A DNA stretch of 64,000 nucleotides, taken from NCBI RefSeq assembly GCF_035084215.1, contig NC_090330.1:76880001-76944000 (forward strand), in the 5' to 3' direction. A model generated the notes under the pieces. It worked only from the letters and a program-made list of their open reading frames with translations. It was not told the DNA's origin and searched no databases. Positions 12,128-25,486 of this stretch are shown piece by piece; the stretch's first letter is position 1, and every line of letters starts with the position of its first letter. The translations under genes and the position numbers were made by a program. The DNA is from Heptranchias perlo. Its lineage: Eukaryota.

Positions 12128-12596
12128 ATCCATAGCCCATCAAAACCCCTCAGCTGATATGTACAGCTACACTGTTCAAGTAAACGGAGGTTTCCTGAAT
12201 TTACGCTGTTCCTACAATCGGAGTAACTTTATACCCAAAAAAATGGTATAACAGCTCCCCCTGTCATTTCGGACAAGTGTAAGTGAGAAGTTGGTGAGAT
12301 GACAAGGGCACCAACTTACCTTACTGATTACAGGCCTCCAAGGAACTTTTTAAAATCCTTTTCTTCACTTCATTTTACTGTGGTACTTTCCTCTCTTCCC
12401 TAAAAAAAAGAATTTTGGGACCACCAACTTCCCTCCTTAAAACCCACCTCTTCAACGAACCTTTTGGTCACCTCTCCTGATTTCCCTTTGGTTTGGTGTC
12501 CATTTTCTCCTTGCATTTCTATGTCATGCCTTAGTGTTGGGCCAGTGGATACAGGCAACAACCAGAACATCAGAATATACATCAAAGACCCCCGTA

Positions 12597-12955
12597 CCCC
12601 AGTGGCCTACTGTAAAAGACACCGTTTATGTGTCAGTTACCTTCAGTTTTTATTTCCAGTGTGTACTGAGTTACCTTATCTCAACTAAGGTAGCAGTTGG
12701 GTATGCTGCAATTAACTTCTGGTCTGGGGAAAATATTGGCCAGGGCTGTGGCCTTGATGTCTGTTCAGTGAGCCCTGCTGGAAAATGTGCACATGAGGAT
12801 GATTGCATCAACTCAACTGTGAGGCTGTCCAAAATTGAGCCTGTTCACACAACAATCTGAGATTACTCGTCAAGAATGAGTTATGGGCATTTGCCCGGTC
12901 CATGAAACTGTAGCCCAACTAGAGTCATTGTTGTCAGGAGAGCAGGGGGCAAAAT
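12597..12955 (+). mobile_element. Ancient SINE-like dispersed repeat
   Basis: Shares ctgagtta..atctca..gcag..gg..ctgcaatt and attggccagg blocks with the other copies of this family. Confidence 0.45.
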
Positions 12956-13189
12956 ATTCTTCCTTGACTGGTAAATTTAGAAATCCATCTATAAAAGAAC
13001 ATTTTTTTTGTCAGTATATTGAAATACATCAAATCAATGCTAAAAAAATTGCAGTATTACAGGCTTGATTTTTGTCTACAACATAACACTAAATTTAGAA
13101 TACTTAACATAGAAGGGGTGTGGGAGTTTAGTGTGTACAGAATGCTCTTTGGTATTCTGATAGCAACAACCATTTCCATCTCAGCTGTA

Positions 13190-13440
13190 GTGTGCCAAAT
13201 TTAGTGTAAAGCTCTTCTACTCTGCCCCACAGCAAATCAGAAGAGTATCCCCTCCTGCACAGGTGTAATTTATTTTAATTTCCCATACCAGCCCCAGAGT
13301 GAGATTGGCAATTTAGTAAATTTGAACTGTGTGCTGTCCCCACACCTATCAGGAATTTGGTTTGCATACTTAAACACATTTGACTTGTGACCCTTGCGGC
13401 TGGCAGTCTGAGCTGCATTTGAAGTCAGGTTCCAGAGAAA
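13190..13440 (-). mobile_element. LF-SINE-like ancient SINE fragment
   Basis: Similar to 60560-60735 (agctct..cta.tctgc, tcagaagag, tttccca.accagcc, gattg.caatt). Confidence 0.4.
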
Positions 13441-14247
13441 GTATAGAGTTCCATTTCAAGTAATACCCTTGAAAATAAATGCAGAAATGCACCCCCAACC
13501 ACAGGGAGAAGGGGGCGATTTAGTTTGTAAAAAGCTATTTATTACTTGGAAGTTGAAACTTGTTGTTTCATTAAAAAGACTTTAATTATATACATTATGT
13601 AAAGGCTTTCCAAGCAACAGTTACTAAACTGAAGAAAAGCTGGGTAATAAAGTTGTCAACAATGTGAATTGTGCCTGGTTTGTGAAATGGTTTCACTTCA
13701 GCACGTAATAAATGCTGATTTCATCCTTATAAATGTTGATGTTTGAATAATTAAATGGCAGTTGTGACCATTGCTATTCTGATGGAACCTTAGCAGCAGC
13801 TCTTTCTGTCCCTCTATGCTTAGTACATTTCACACTACTTTCACCTTTTTGCAGTTCTCTTTACAATTCAGTCCTTCAGTTCACAAATTATGAAATTCTT
13901 ATAAATAATTTTAAAATTTTAAGTGATTTTGCAACTGTTTCCTTCCAGCACCAGCTGGGTGTGGACATGAAGTTAGTCTACTTGGGGAAATGCACATTGG
14001 TTTTAATTCATAAGTTTGTAGGTAAACAGACATGACAGACTTGTTGAAGGAGATTATGTGCTCTATAATACCGTGCTTTCAATTATCATTTGCCTATGTT
14101 TAGTTTACACAGGAGATTCTGTTGAACTGTTTGACACTTTTTGTTAGAGCATCAGAGCAAAGGATCCCTCCACTGTGTTCTCCTTTTGATGAGTTTGATT
14201 GTGGGTCATTAGTCTTGATGTGTAACACTTAACCATACACCCCCATT

Positions 14248-16473
14248 ATAGAATCATGGAAAGGTTACAGCATGAAAGGAGGCCATTCAGCCCATCGAGT
14301 CCATGCTGGCTCAATGCAATAGCAATCCAGCTAGTTCCACTCCCCCGTCCTATCCCCATAGCCCTGCAAATGTTTTCCTTTCAAGTATTTATCCAGTTCC
14401 CTTTTGAAGGCCATATTGAATCTGCCTCAACCACACCGTCTGGCAGAGCATTCCAGATCCTAACCACTCGTTGGGTAAAAATGTTTTTCCTCATGTCACC
14501 TTTGGTTCTTTTGCCAATCACCTTAAATCTATGCCCTCTGGTTCTTGACCCTTCTGCCAATGTGAACAGTTTCTCTCTATCTACTCTGTCTAGACCCTTC
14601 ATGATTTTGAATATCTTTATCAAATCTCCTCTCAAGGAGAATAACCCCAGCGTATCCAGTCTATCCATGTAACTAAAGTCCCTCATCCCTGGAATCATTC
14701 TTGTAAATTTCCGCCGCACCCTCTCTAAGACCTTCACATCCTTCCCAAAGTGCAGTGCCCAGAACTGGACGCACTGCCCCAGTTGTGACCGAACCAGTGT
14801 TTTATAAAGGTTCAACATAACTTCCATGCTTTTGTACTCTATGGCTCTATTTATAAAGCCGACTATCCTGTGTGCTTTTTTAACTGCTTTCTCAACCTGC
14901 CCTGCCACCTTCAATGATTTGTGTACATATACGCCCAGATTTTTCTGTTCCTGTACCCCTTTTAGAATGGCTGGAGTCATACCTAGCACAAAGGAAGATG
15001 GTAGTGGTTGCTGGAGGCCAATCATCTCAGCCCCAGGACATTGCTGCAGGAGTTCCTCAGGGCAGTGTCCTCAGCCCAACCATCTTCAGCTGCTTTATCA
15101 ATGACCATTCCTTCACCATAAGGTCAGAAATGGGGATGTTCGCTGATGATTGCAGTGTGTTCAGTTCCATTCGCAACCCCTCAGATAATGAAGCAGTCCG
15201 TGCCCGCATGCAGCAAGACCTGGACAACATCCAGGCTTGGGCTGATAAGTGGCAAATAACATTCATGCCAGACAAGTGCCAGGCAATGATCATCTCCAAC
15301 AGGAGAGCGTCTAACCACCTCCCCTTGACATTCAATGGCATTACCATCACCGAATCCTCTACCATCAACTTAACTGGATCAGCCATATAAATACTGTGGC
15401 TACAAGAGCAGGTCAGAGGCTGGGTATTCTGTGGCGAGTGACTAACCTCTTGACTCCCCAAAGCCTTTGCACCATCTACAAGGCACAAGTCAGGAGTGTG
15501 ATGGAATACTCTCCACTTGCCTGGATGAGTGCAGCTCCAACAACACTCAAGAAGCTCGACACCATCCAGGACAAAGCAGCCCGCTTGATTGGCACCCCAT
15601 CCACCACCCTAAACATTCACTCCCTTCACCGGCGCACAGTGGCTGCAGTGTGTACTATCCACAGGATGCACTGCAGCAACTCACCAAGGCTTCTTTGACA
15701 GCACCTCCCAAACCCGTGACCTCTACCATCTAGAAGGACAAGAGCAGCAGGCACATGGGAACAACACCACCTGCACGTTCCCCTCCAAGTCTCACACCAT
15801 CCCGACTTGGAAATGTATTGCCGTTCCTTCATCGTTGCTGAGTCAAAATCCTGGAACTCCCTTCCTAACAGCACCGTGGGAGAACCTTCACCACACGGAC
15901 TGCAGCGGTTCAAGAATGCGGCTCACCACCACCTTCTCAAGGGCAATTAGGGATGGGCAATAAATGCTGGTCTTGCCAGCGACACCCACATCCCATGAAA
16001 GAATATTTAAAAAATTGTGCCCTCTAGTTTATATTGCCTCTCCTCATTCTTCCTACTGAAATGTATCACCTCGCATTTTTCTGTGTTGAATTTCACCTGC
16101 CATGTGGCCGCTCATACCACCAGCCTGTCTAAATCCTCTTGAAGTCTATCACTATCCTCCTCACTGTTCGCTACACTTCCAAGTTTTGTGTCATCCGCAG
16201 ATTTGGAAATTGTGCCCTATACACCCAAATCCAAGTCATTACTATATATCAAGAAAAGCAGTGGTCCTAGAACCGAGAACTGGGGAACACCACTGTACAC
16301 CTCCCTCCAGCCCGAAAAACAACTGCTCACACTATTCTCTATTTCCTGCTACTTAGCCAATTCTGAATCCATGCTGCTACTGCCCCTTTTGTTCTATGGG
16401 CTTCAATCTTGATGACAAGCCTATTAGGCGGCGCTTTATCAAACGCCTTTTGAAACTCCATATACACCACATC
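14248..16473 (-). mobile_element. CR1 LINE fragment split by a family-B insertion (14968-16012)
   Basis: tagaatcatgg tail; RT C-terminus in ORF 14381-15025; sequence resumes collinearly at 16013. Confidence 0.9.
14968..16012 (+). mobile_element. Family-B non-LTR retrotransposon (CR1/L2 group, distinct from HER1-type), 5'-truncated
   Basis: [26 protein letters not shown]; 3' end gggatgggcaataaatgc...cacatcccatgaa plus A-rich tail. Confidence 0.9.
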
Positions 16474-19400
16474 ATTGGTATGCTTTCTGTTTGTATAGAG
16501 GTGACTTTCTTAGTTCAATGCTAGAGCTGCAATTCTGTTACAGGAGGGGTGGTTGGTAAGTCCATTTATTAAATTACTAGAATTTTTAGAAAAGAAGTGC
16601 AATATCGATGGGCAAATGGATACGAACACAGCAATATGGCACCATTTAATTGTGTGCTTTTATGAAACGTGGTGATCAACGTGCACCTCTACACAGACTT
16701 TTGTGTTCTTGGAGTTCTATTGCTTGAGTTTGCTTTTTAAAAAAAATAGCAACCATAAAATCACTCCACAATATGTACACCAGATTTTAAGTAATAAATT
16801 GTGAAAGCAGTGATGCATTGCATGGTCTAGTAATTTAATACTTAATCAGCTTTATTTAAAACTGTCACAGTACACAGAACAAGGCGTCTAATAGCTGTCA
16901 ACTGATAGATCTGCCCAGTATAATTGCATTTGATTGTAAATTAAATTTTACCCGTGTTTTTCTTTTATCAGTTTAGCTTACTAAAAGCATGAATAGTACT
17001 GAGAATGATAATCTGTCGTTTTTAATGCACCTCTATGTGAGTTATAGAGTTAGTTTGAATTGTTAGTTCTGTGATTCGCACAGAGGTTTGTGTTTGGATG
17101 TGAAAATCAGAGCAATATGAATAAATGTGTTAGTTTCGGTTGCAGCTAAGATGGAAAGTTATGTTTGTAAGGCTACAGTGTTGCAATATTTTTGTAATGT
17201 TCACAGTTGAAGTTGCAGAGCTGGAAATTTAAACTAGTTAACCTTGTGACAAGTGCTTTTGTTTATAAAATTATAATAGTCGAACACCTAGTTGCACACA
17301 GAGTAGAAACCAAGTTGAAGGGTGAGACGTAATTGGACCTGAGCACACAAACTTAATCCAATCCCGATTTTATAATTCCATTTTAAATTGCTGTGTCTGC
17401 ATTTATAACGGAAAATGTCTGTATAAACTTGTCACATAGTAGTTGCTTCTACCTACTAGTAGTGGCAATGCAGTGCCTTTGCTGGCAGGAGGGTGTTATT
17501 TCATTATGATCGATTTACATAGGCAATTTATATTATAAGTGTGGACATAGGAATATAAAATTGAAAAAAAGTTTTGTGCAGATGTAATATTTTTAATGTA
17601 TTATTGGTTGATCACCTGTGGCATTACGCATGGTAAGGTGGCTCTTCTGTTTTTATGTTTCTTCCTCTTTCTCTTTCAGAATTATTTGAAAAACTACTTA
17701 GTAGAAAGTGCTAGAAGCTAATCCAAATTCAGCTTTGAGTCACAGCCCTAGGCAATAATATCTAGTCCGACCCCAGGTGTTTCCGAGAGGTTGAAGCCTG
17801 CAAATAAAAACTTGAATGACGGCATTAAAAGACAGAAATTACAATTCAGTGGATAACCTTAATTGTGAAATATGTATATTTTTCATTGCATTTTGTTTGC
17901 ACACTTATTTTGGACTGAGATATTTCAGTTAGTGAGAAAAAAGGGTGGATGAAATCTTTTTCAGAAAGAAGTTTGAGTGATTGTGGGAATATGATGCCCA
18001 GGTGACCAGTTTAGGCAGCTTCCATTATAAATTTAGATTCAGAAATTTATAATGAGCAAAAGTGGACAAAATTGTAACAAAAACATGACAACCGAAAGTT
18101 AAATTGAAGTGTGTACATTCACAAGATTTTTAATATACCTCGATTGGAGCTTGGGAGTGCAGCAGCTGCAGTGAGCATAAAAGCAATCATAAGTCATTGC
18201 AGCAAAATACAGTTTGCAAATAAAAGACTGGATACCACTATAGTAAAAGACTATAATGTTTCTTTCTGACAAACAACTTGGCTGCTTCCTGTAATCTTTT
18301 AAAATGAAATTAGCCAACAGATTGTGGCGGTCATACATTTTGTATGTTTATAACAAACTTGCTGTAATTAATGTCCCACAACACTAAGCAAAATGTACCA
18401 AGAAAAACTGAAGAACCAAGCTCCAGTAACGATATAATGAAACATAAACGGAAATTGTACATGCAAATGCTGCTAGGATGCTCATTAGAAAGGTTTTATT
18501 TTTGATAGCAACTTTGAAAATAAGGGTGAGAATTTTGTAGTCTTCACAGAACCTGTCCAATTTTCCTTCCATTCAGAACTTGAAGGCTGCATCTGGTGCA
18601 TACAGGACTGCCAATAGCAGGTGAAATTGGCAGTCAGTTTTCTAATCTGAAAGAGTAGTTTCAATAAGTTGATCTTTGACCCTGGGAGAGCTAAATGAAA
18701 TATTTAGAATTTTTGTCTTGCTTCACACATCATAGTGCAACTCCCTTGGAGGCAGACATCAATACTGTGTTTGATAAACTGCCTGTGCCCCAGTCTGAGA
18801 ACCCGCAATTGATATGTAGAAAAAAACACTTCAATTACAAGACATCAGGAAGATGTTATTCTCATTTAAAAATCCCTTGGTTTTTTATAGGTTTCTATTT
18901 GAATTTTCAGGACTTTGAATTGCTTTTCCCATACCTGCTTAACACTTTGATTAGTCAGCCTCTGGAGAGCCTTCAAGATACTGTCAAAGGATGATCCATT
19001 TTCACCAAACAAGGTGGAAAAATCCCTCTACATTATTCCAGCTTTTCTGCTGTTGTAACCACTTCAACTGTGATTTTGTTGTTGCTTTTCTTTGTACGAA
19101 TTAAGGATATCACAATAAGGTACTGCTGCACGGTTTTCAGAACAACACTGAATCCACAGCAGGTGGTGATGACATATTAAAACATTTGCAAAAAACTGCA
19201 CTAAGTATTTATTTGGCCAAATTTTGTAATTGCATTTATATCCAGAAGAGGGGGCCAAATACTGGAGGTAATGCTATAATTAATTTGAGTTAAGCTCTTG
19301 ATGGGCTGTATTCACAAACTATGTTGATCACCTAAAACTGACATTTATCCTGTAAAAGGAATGTCTCTTTAATATTGTTTGAACTCAGTTCCATGCATCC

Positions 19401-19579
19401 AAAAGTGACGTTGAAGACATGTAACATAACATTTCCCATTACTGGAGTTTGAATGGGATGATTTTAAAATTCAGTGCACTGCATTTCATACCGTATGTCA
19501 TGAAATTTGCATTATTAACATTGAAATTTGCTCCATTTACGTTTTGCTAGTCTGCATTTATTGTGGGCAATAATGTAGG

Positions 19580-20380
19580 AAACATAGGAACAGGAGTAGG
19601 CCAGTCAGCCCCTTGAGCCTGTTCCATCATTCAATTAGATCATGGCTGATCTCATAGCATCATATGTAAGGAGTCTTACAACACCAGGTTACAACACCTT
19701 GCATTTGTCCACCCCAGTCCATCACCGGCATCTCCACATCATAGTCATGGTAGGTGCGGCACAGGAGACGGCCATTTGGCCCATCGTGCCTGTGCCAGCG
19801 CTTTGAAAGAGCTATCCAATTAGTCCCATTCCCCTACTCTTTCCTCATAGCCCTGTAATTTTTTCCCCTTCAAGTATTTATCCAATTCCCTTATGACAGT
19901 TACTATCGAAAAGGGTGGTGCATTCCAGATCATTACAACTCGCTGTATAAAAAAATATTTCCTCATGTCACCTCTGGTTCTTTTGCTGTGATCACCTTAA
20001 ATCTGCGTCCTCTGGTTACCGACCCCTCTGCCACTGGAAACAATTTCTCCCTATTTACTTTGTCAAAACCATTCATGATTTTGAACACCTATTAAATTTC
20101 CCCTTAACCTTCTCTGTTCTAAGGAGAACAACCCCAACTTCTCTAGTCTCTCCACATAACTGACATCCCTGGCACCATTCTAGTAAATCTCTTCTGCACC
20201 CTCTCTAAGGTCTGTATCTTAACTCAATCTACCTGCCTTGGTTCCGTAATTCTTGCCTAATAATCTTCTATACTCAAGGGAATACAAGCCTAGTCTATGC
20301 AACCTGTTTTCATAATTTAATCCTTTTAACCTCAGTACCATTCTGGTGAATCTGTGCTGCACCCCCCTACAAGGCCAACT
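19580..20380 (-). mobile_element. Nested CR1 3' fragments (outer 19580-19652 plus 20213-20380; inner about 19743-20212)
   Basis: Two CR1 tails (aacataggaacaggagtaggcc; ggcacaggagacggccat); outer UTR resumes at tctgtatcttaactc. Confidence 0.7.
19664..19742 (+). mobile_element. Tiny PLE terminus remnant (tail plus short inverted segment)
   Basis: catttgtccaccccagtccatcaccggcatctccacatcat is the reverse complement of 50829-50869; preceded by an inverted atgtaaggagtcttacaacaccaggtta. Confidence 0.85.
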
Positions 20381-20596
20381 CTTCGCTCTACCTCCCTCCT
20401 AAGGAACTAGTTGTCTTGGATTCTCGATAAATAGAAAAGTTACATTACTGTTTGCTCTTTTCTTTGTCTAGAAGTTAGTGGAAGCATTAGCTAGGACAAG
20501 TTTTGCTTCATTGAATCTATCCCAAGGCCGTATCCCAAGTGTCTGAGAGGTCAGTTAGTCACATACAGCAGATCTGAAGGATGGTAACAGCAGAAT

Positions 20597-21355
20597 GGGC
20601 AGGATCTTGCTGAAAATATAATGGTGTGTTAATGACGCATGCCCTTACTAATGTGCAACACCAGCAAGTTCAGGGGATTAAGAGATATGCCACGAGTTGC
20701 GAATCTCCAGAACTTGTTGGTCGATTTCCGCCACTCCACTGTTTGTTTTGCACAGTCGGCATCTTGCCCTTAGCCTCCCGGTATTTTTAAGAACGTGCTG
20801 GATTTGCACATTAATTTTCCATTACACTCGCCACAGAAAGTTAAGTCTGGCAATTAAGAATGTAAGTACCTTTTTAACGACATGGTAATTGTTAATCCAA
20901 TGCCAGTCAACCTGTCTGGCCCAGAATAGGAACAATTTAAAGTGTTCAATCTCAATCCTACATGTAGTTAATTGTTGTTAGAGATTTTAAAAATGTCAAA
21001 TTTAATAATTTTTAAAAAGTTTTCATTTCCTTTCTGTCATATTTTTCTCTCCCTCTTAATCCAATCTTCCTTTCCCTTTCTGTACCTGGTTTGACTCTAA
21101 TTCACCCACCATCTCTGTGGTTCCTGTTTCTTTCTGAATCCTTAAATAAATTGGTTAAGGGGACACACTGTTGGCCTTGCTGTTTACTAAGGTCCCAGAT
21201 GCCCTGTTGCCCTTACCATGCCATTATCAGCTCGCATTTCCAGCAATTTACAGTGCAAAAATTTTTCAAGCTGAAGGGTGCAGAAAAAAGTCCAACTAAC
21301 GGCGCATACCTGTGAGATGCCCTGCTCTAACCAGACCTGTCAGAAATGCTTGCCT
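20597..21355. mobile_element. Old Harbinger/Tourist-like MITE
   Basis: Degenerate TIRs (gggcaggatcttgctg / cagaaatgcttgcct), flanking AAT on both sides, internal similarity to 1-491 and 54407-55143. Confidence 0.5.
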
Positions 21356-21429
21356 AATGGATGGTTCTTTGTCATATTGGGGGGGGGGGCTGCTAAAACT
21401 TTTTTTGTCATCAAACTGACGTAACATTT

Positions 21430-21577
21430 TCATAGAATCATACAGCACAGAAGGAGGCTTTTTGGCCCGTTGTGCCTGTGCCGGCTCTCAGAAAGAGCTA
21501 TCCAATTAGTCCCACTCCCCTGCTCTTTCCCATAGCCTTGTCATTTTTTTCCCTTCCAAGTATTTATTCAATTCCCT
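21430..21577 (-). mobile_element. Short CR1 3'-end insertion
   Basis: catagaatcatacagcacagaaggaggc tail and UTR. Confidence 0.8.
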
Positions 21578-22846
21578 GGTGACCTGAAATAAGTTGACCA
21601 CAATACTTGCTCCTCCTCAGCTACAATTTCCTCTGTCCAAACACATTTCATTATACAGAGCTACATTTTTTCCCCAATCTGTTACTTGATCAATTTTTAA
21701 ACAAACAAAACTTTTTTTAGTCTGCCTTTTACCTCTTCCTTCCTTCATTTGTAGCTCATAACAAAGCTATTCAGTGTTAGTAAAATTGCTTTTAAAGGGA
21801 TACAGCAGTTACGCAATCTTGAAAGAATTTGAAGCAAGAGCTGTCCATTACCGTTGATAGCATACGTAGTCAGTGCCTGGAAAGTTATTTTCAAAAACAG
21901 AAGAATTGCCAAAACAAAAATTTTAAAAATTCTGGAGTCGTGCCAGATGTCTTTGATATCATCTACCTGGGTGTGATATTTGTGACAAAGCACCAGTAGC
22001 TCGTAAGTTTAGATGACTGGTTTTAAAACTCGTTGAATTGTGTTGTGTTTTTTGTTGGGAAAACATTCATCTATCTGAACAAAATCTGTGCTATCTTTAT
22101 TGTGACCATATTCTCCACTTTACTTTATAAAGAAATGAACAAGTTGATCACTGTTGGTACTGATACTTCTAGCAATTGTATTATCCTATATTTTAACCAC
22201 TACATGCTGACGTATTACTTTGAAAAAGAGAACTTTTATTTATTATATTTAAATATTAGATTTTGATGTGTTGTATTATAGAATGGAATTTACCTAAGAA
22301 CAAAAATTCTGGTATTAAATTCCTGATGCATGACTACGTAGATTTCTCTTGTTTTTGTATATACAACTACTTTTATAGAGTAGCTGACAAATTTGACACT
22401 GATCTAGATTTATTTAGGAGCAGTGTAGTCGGATAGGATATGAGCTGTCAACTGGGAGGACACAATGTACAATTGTGCCTACACAGCAATCAATAGAGGA
22501 AATTAAAGAATATTGAGGAAGCTATGGTCTGGACTGACTGGAAAAGCTGTTTTCCTTAATTGCTTGTATACTGCAACTTTTCCCCTGGTTTTACTTGCTG
22601 CTCAACTTCATCTCGTGCATCCAAAGTATCTTCCCCAACTAAGTAGTCTGGAAATTCTGGTATCATGCCTCCTTGGGCACTGTGCACAGCTACCCATCCC
22701 GGTTTGGGTTCTAGAAATGTCGTTGCTATTGTGAGGACACGATGAACACCTTGAAAGATTGCTTAAATCACTATATAATTTGGGGTTTTCCATTAGACAT
22801 AATTCAAATGTTTAGGAGATTTTGCCATCCTTGGACCTTTTTAATA

Positions 22847-23042
22847 TGTCAGCTAGCTCAGTTGATAGCACTCTTGCCCTGAGACCAAAGATTCAAGTGG
22901 ATTCAAGCCCCACTCCAGGACTTGAGAACATAATCTAGTCTGACATTCCAGTATAGTGCAGCGGGATTGCTGCATTTTCAGAGGTGCTGTCTTTCTATCT
23001 GCCCATTTCGATTTTCATGGCATTGTTCAAAGAACAGGGAGT
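22847..23042 (+). mobile_element. DeuSINE (SacSINE1/AmnSINE1-like) 5' fragment
   Basis: tRNA-like head (agctcagttgatagca, gattcaagcccca) followed by gaggtgctgtcttt..catggca..ttcaaaga; homologous to 42587-43233 reversed. Confidence 0.65.
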
Positions 23043-24508
23043 TAGAATCATAGAATGGTTACAGCACAGAAGGGGGCCATTTGACCCATTGAGCCCATGC
23101 TGGCTCTTTGTAAGAACAATCCAGTTTGTCCCATTCCCCTGCTCTTTCTCCGTAGCCCTGCAAATTTTTTCCCTTCAAGTATTTATCCAGTTCCTTTTTG
23201 AAGCCACGATTGAATCTGCTTCCACTACCCTTTCATTCCAGGTCATAGCTACTCGCTGCATTAAAAAAAAGTTTTCCCTCATGTCGCCTTTGGTTCTTTT
23301 GCCAATCACCATAAATCTATGTCCTCTGGTTCTCGACTCTTCTGCCAATGAGAACAGTTTCTCTTTACTTACTTTATCTAAACCCTTCATGATTTTGAAC
23401 ACTTCCACCAAATCTGCTCTTAACCTTCTCTGCTCTAAGGAGAACAACCCCAACTTCTCCAGTCTATCCACGTAACTGAAGTCCCTCATCCCTGGAACCA
23501 TTCGAGTAAATCTTTTCTGAACCCCCTCTAAGGCCTTCACATTCTTCCTAAAGTGCGGTGCCCAGAATTGGACACAATACTCCAGTTGTAGTCGAACCAG
23601 TGTTTTATAAAGGTTCAAAATAACCTCCTTGCTTTTGTACTCTATGCCTCTGTTTATAAAGCCCAGCATTCCATGTGCTTTTTCAACCACTTTCTCAACC
23701 TGTCCTGCCACCTTCAAAGATTTGTGCACCTATACCCCAGATCTCTCTGTTCCTGCACCCCTTTAAAATTGTACCATTTCGTTTATATTGCCTCTCCTCA
23801 TTCTTCCTGCCAAAATGTATTACTTTGCAGTTCCCTGTGTTAAATTTCATCTGCCATGTGTCTGCCCATTCCACCAGCCTGTCTGTGTCCTCTTGAAGTC
23901 TATTACTATCCTCCTCACTGTTTACACTTCCAAGTTTTGTGTGATCTGCAAATTTTCAAAATTGTTCCCTGTACACCCAAGTCCAAGTCATTAATACATA
24001 TCAAGAAAAGCAGTGGTCCTAGCACCGACCACTGGGGAGTATACTTTCCTCCAGACTGAAAAACAACCGTTCATCACTACTCTGTTTCCTGACACTTAGC
24101 CAATTTTGCATCCATGCTGCCACTGCCCCTTTTATCCCATGGGCTTCAATTTTTCTGACAAGCCTATTATTTGGCACTTTATCATGCCTTTTGAAAGTCC
24201 ATATACACATCAACCCTCTCTGTTACCTCATCAAAAAACTCAATCGAGTTAGTTAAACACAATTTGCCTTTAACAAATGCCTGCTGACTTTCCTTTATTA
24301 ATCCACACTTGTCCAAGAAACTATTAATTTTGTCCCCGATTATCGTTTCTAAAAGCTTCTCTACCACCAAGGTTAAACTGACTGGCCTGTAGTTGCTGGG
24401 TTTATCCTTACACCCTTTTTTGAACGAGCAATTCTCCAGTCCTCTGGCACCACCCCCGTATCTAAGGAGGATTGGAAGATCATGGCCAGCACCTCTGCAA
24501 TTTCCACC
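23043..24508 (-). mobile_element. 5'-truncated CR1 LINE
   Basis: tagaatcatagaatgg tail; RT fragments 23175-23729, 24019-24213 and 24182-24370. Confidence 0.92.
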
Positions 24509-24769
24509 TGGTTCTTTCAGTGCTAGTTTTCTTTCTCCTTTGGTAAAGAATTCTAAGATTGTGTTCTAGACTCTCTCTTCAGTTAGTTTTCAATGGATCT
24601 TATTCATTGCTTTGTAAGAAGATACTGTTTGGCTTTTCTTTGATTCACATTTAGAAAAGACCAAGCAAGTAAGGATAAAGATCATCTAAAGTCAAGCCAC
24701 ATTGGCCCAGGTCACCTTGGTTCCTAGATGTTTTAGAGCTGATAATCCAGCCCTTCTAGCAGTGTCTTT

Positions 24770-24895
24770 AAAGACAGCCTGACAGAAGTCATACTGACAG
24801 AATCATACCTATTAGCTCCATCCCAGATTCTTTCTTCATCCCTTGGTATCCACCGGCAGATAGACCCACTGAAAGTGTGGGCACAGTTATAAAGA
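24770..24895 (+). mobile_element. Old family-B APE fragment
   Basis: cagcctgaca..catact.acag.atcatacct...agacccac aligns with 29885-30015. Confidence 0.55.
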
Positions 24896-25486
24896 TTCAG
24901 TATTGTGGGAAGCAACATTTTCCATTTTCCATTGCACTTGCATTCCTCTATAACTGACTCTTGAAAAGTCTAAAACTGTTGAGAGTGGGCTCGTTCATCC
25001 ACCAAGTGTCATCAACAATTTTCATCCTTCAGCCAAAAAACCTGTGATTATAAATAGGAACATGTTCATCTCTGGTATCAGGGCCAAGCCATTTGGTGGA
25101 AGGATTTTGTAAACTAAGACCAGTTAAAAATTTGTAGCGCACAACTTTCCAAAAATCATCTATTGCCATAAGTCTTTGGTTTAGTTGACATCAAGGGCCC
25201 GATGTTAGCAGGGCTGCGGGTTCTCGGCGGGGGGGGGGCGCGCGCGCGCGCGCGCTCTATCAGGCGCATGGGTAACGCGCCCGGTGAAATTAGTCAGTTT
25301 CCTGCGCGATTGTAGGATCCAATCCACTAATTGGATTCACTTACCTGCTCCTCCGGGTTCCCCACTGTTGATCTGCGCGTCGGGCGGGCTGCGCATGCGC
25401 AGTGAGATCTGTCAGCTGGAGGCGCTCTATTTAAAGGGGCAGACCTCCACTGACAGATGCTGCAACAAATAGCAAAAATTACAGTA

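Noticed and set aside
14381-15025. Apparent novel fusion ORFs (also 41876-42604, 53138-53506, 32537-32785)
   Set aside because: Chance read-through across nested insertion junctions
16518-16562. ATG followed by a strong TG|GTAAGT donor as an alternative first exon
   Set aside because: Ends in phase 2, whereas the Ig-V exon needs phase 1; no signal-peptide character
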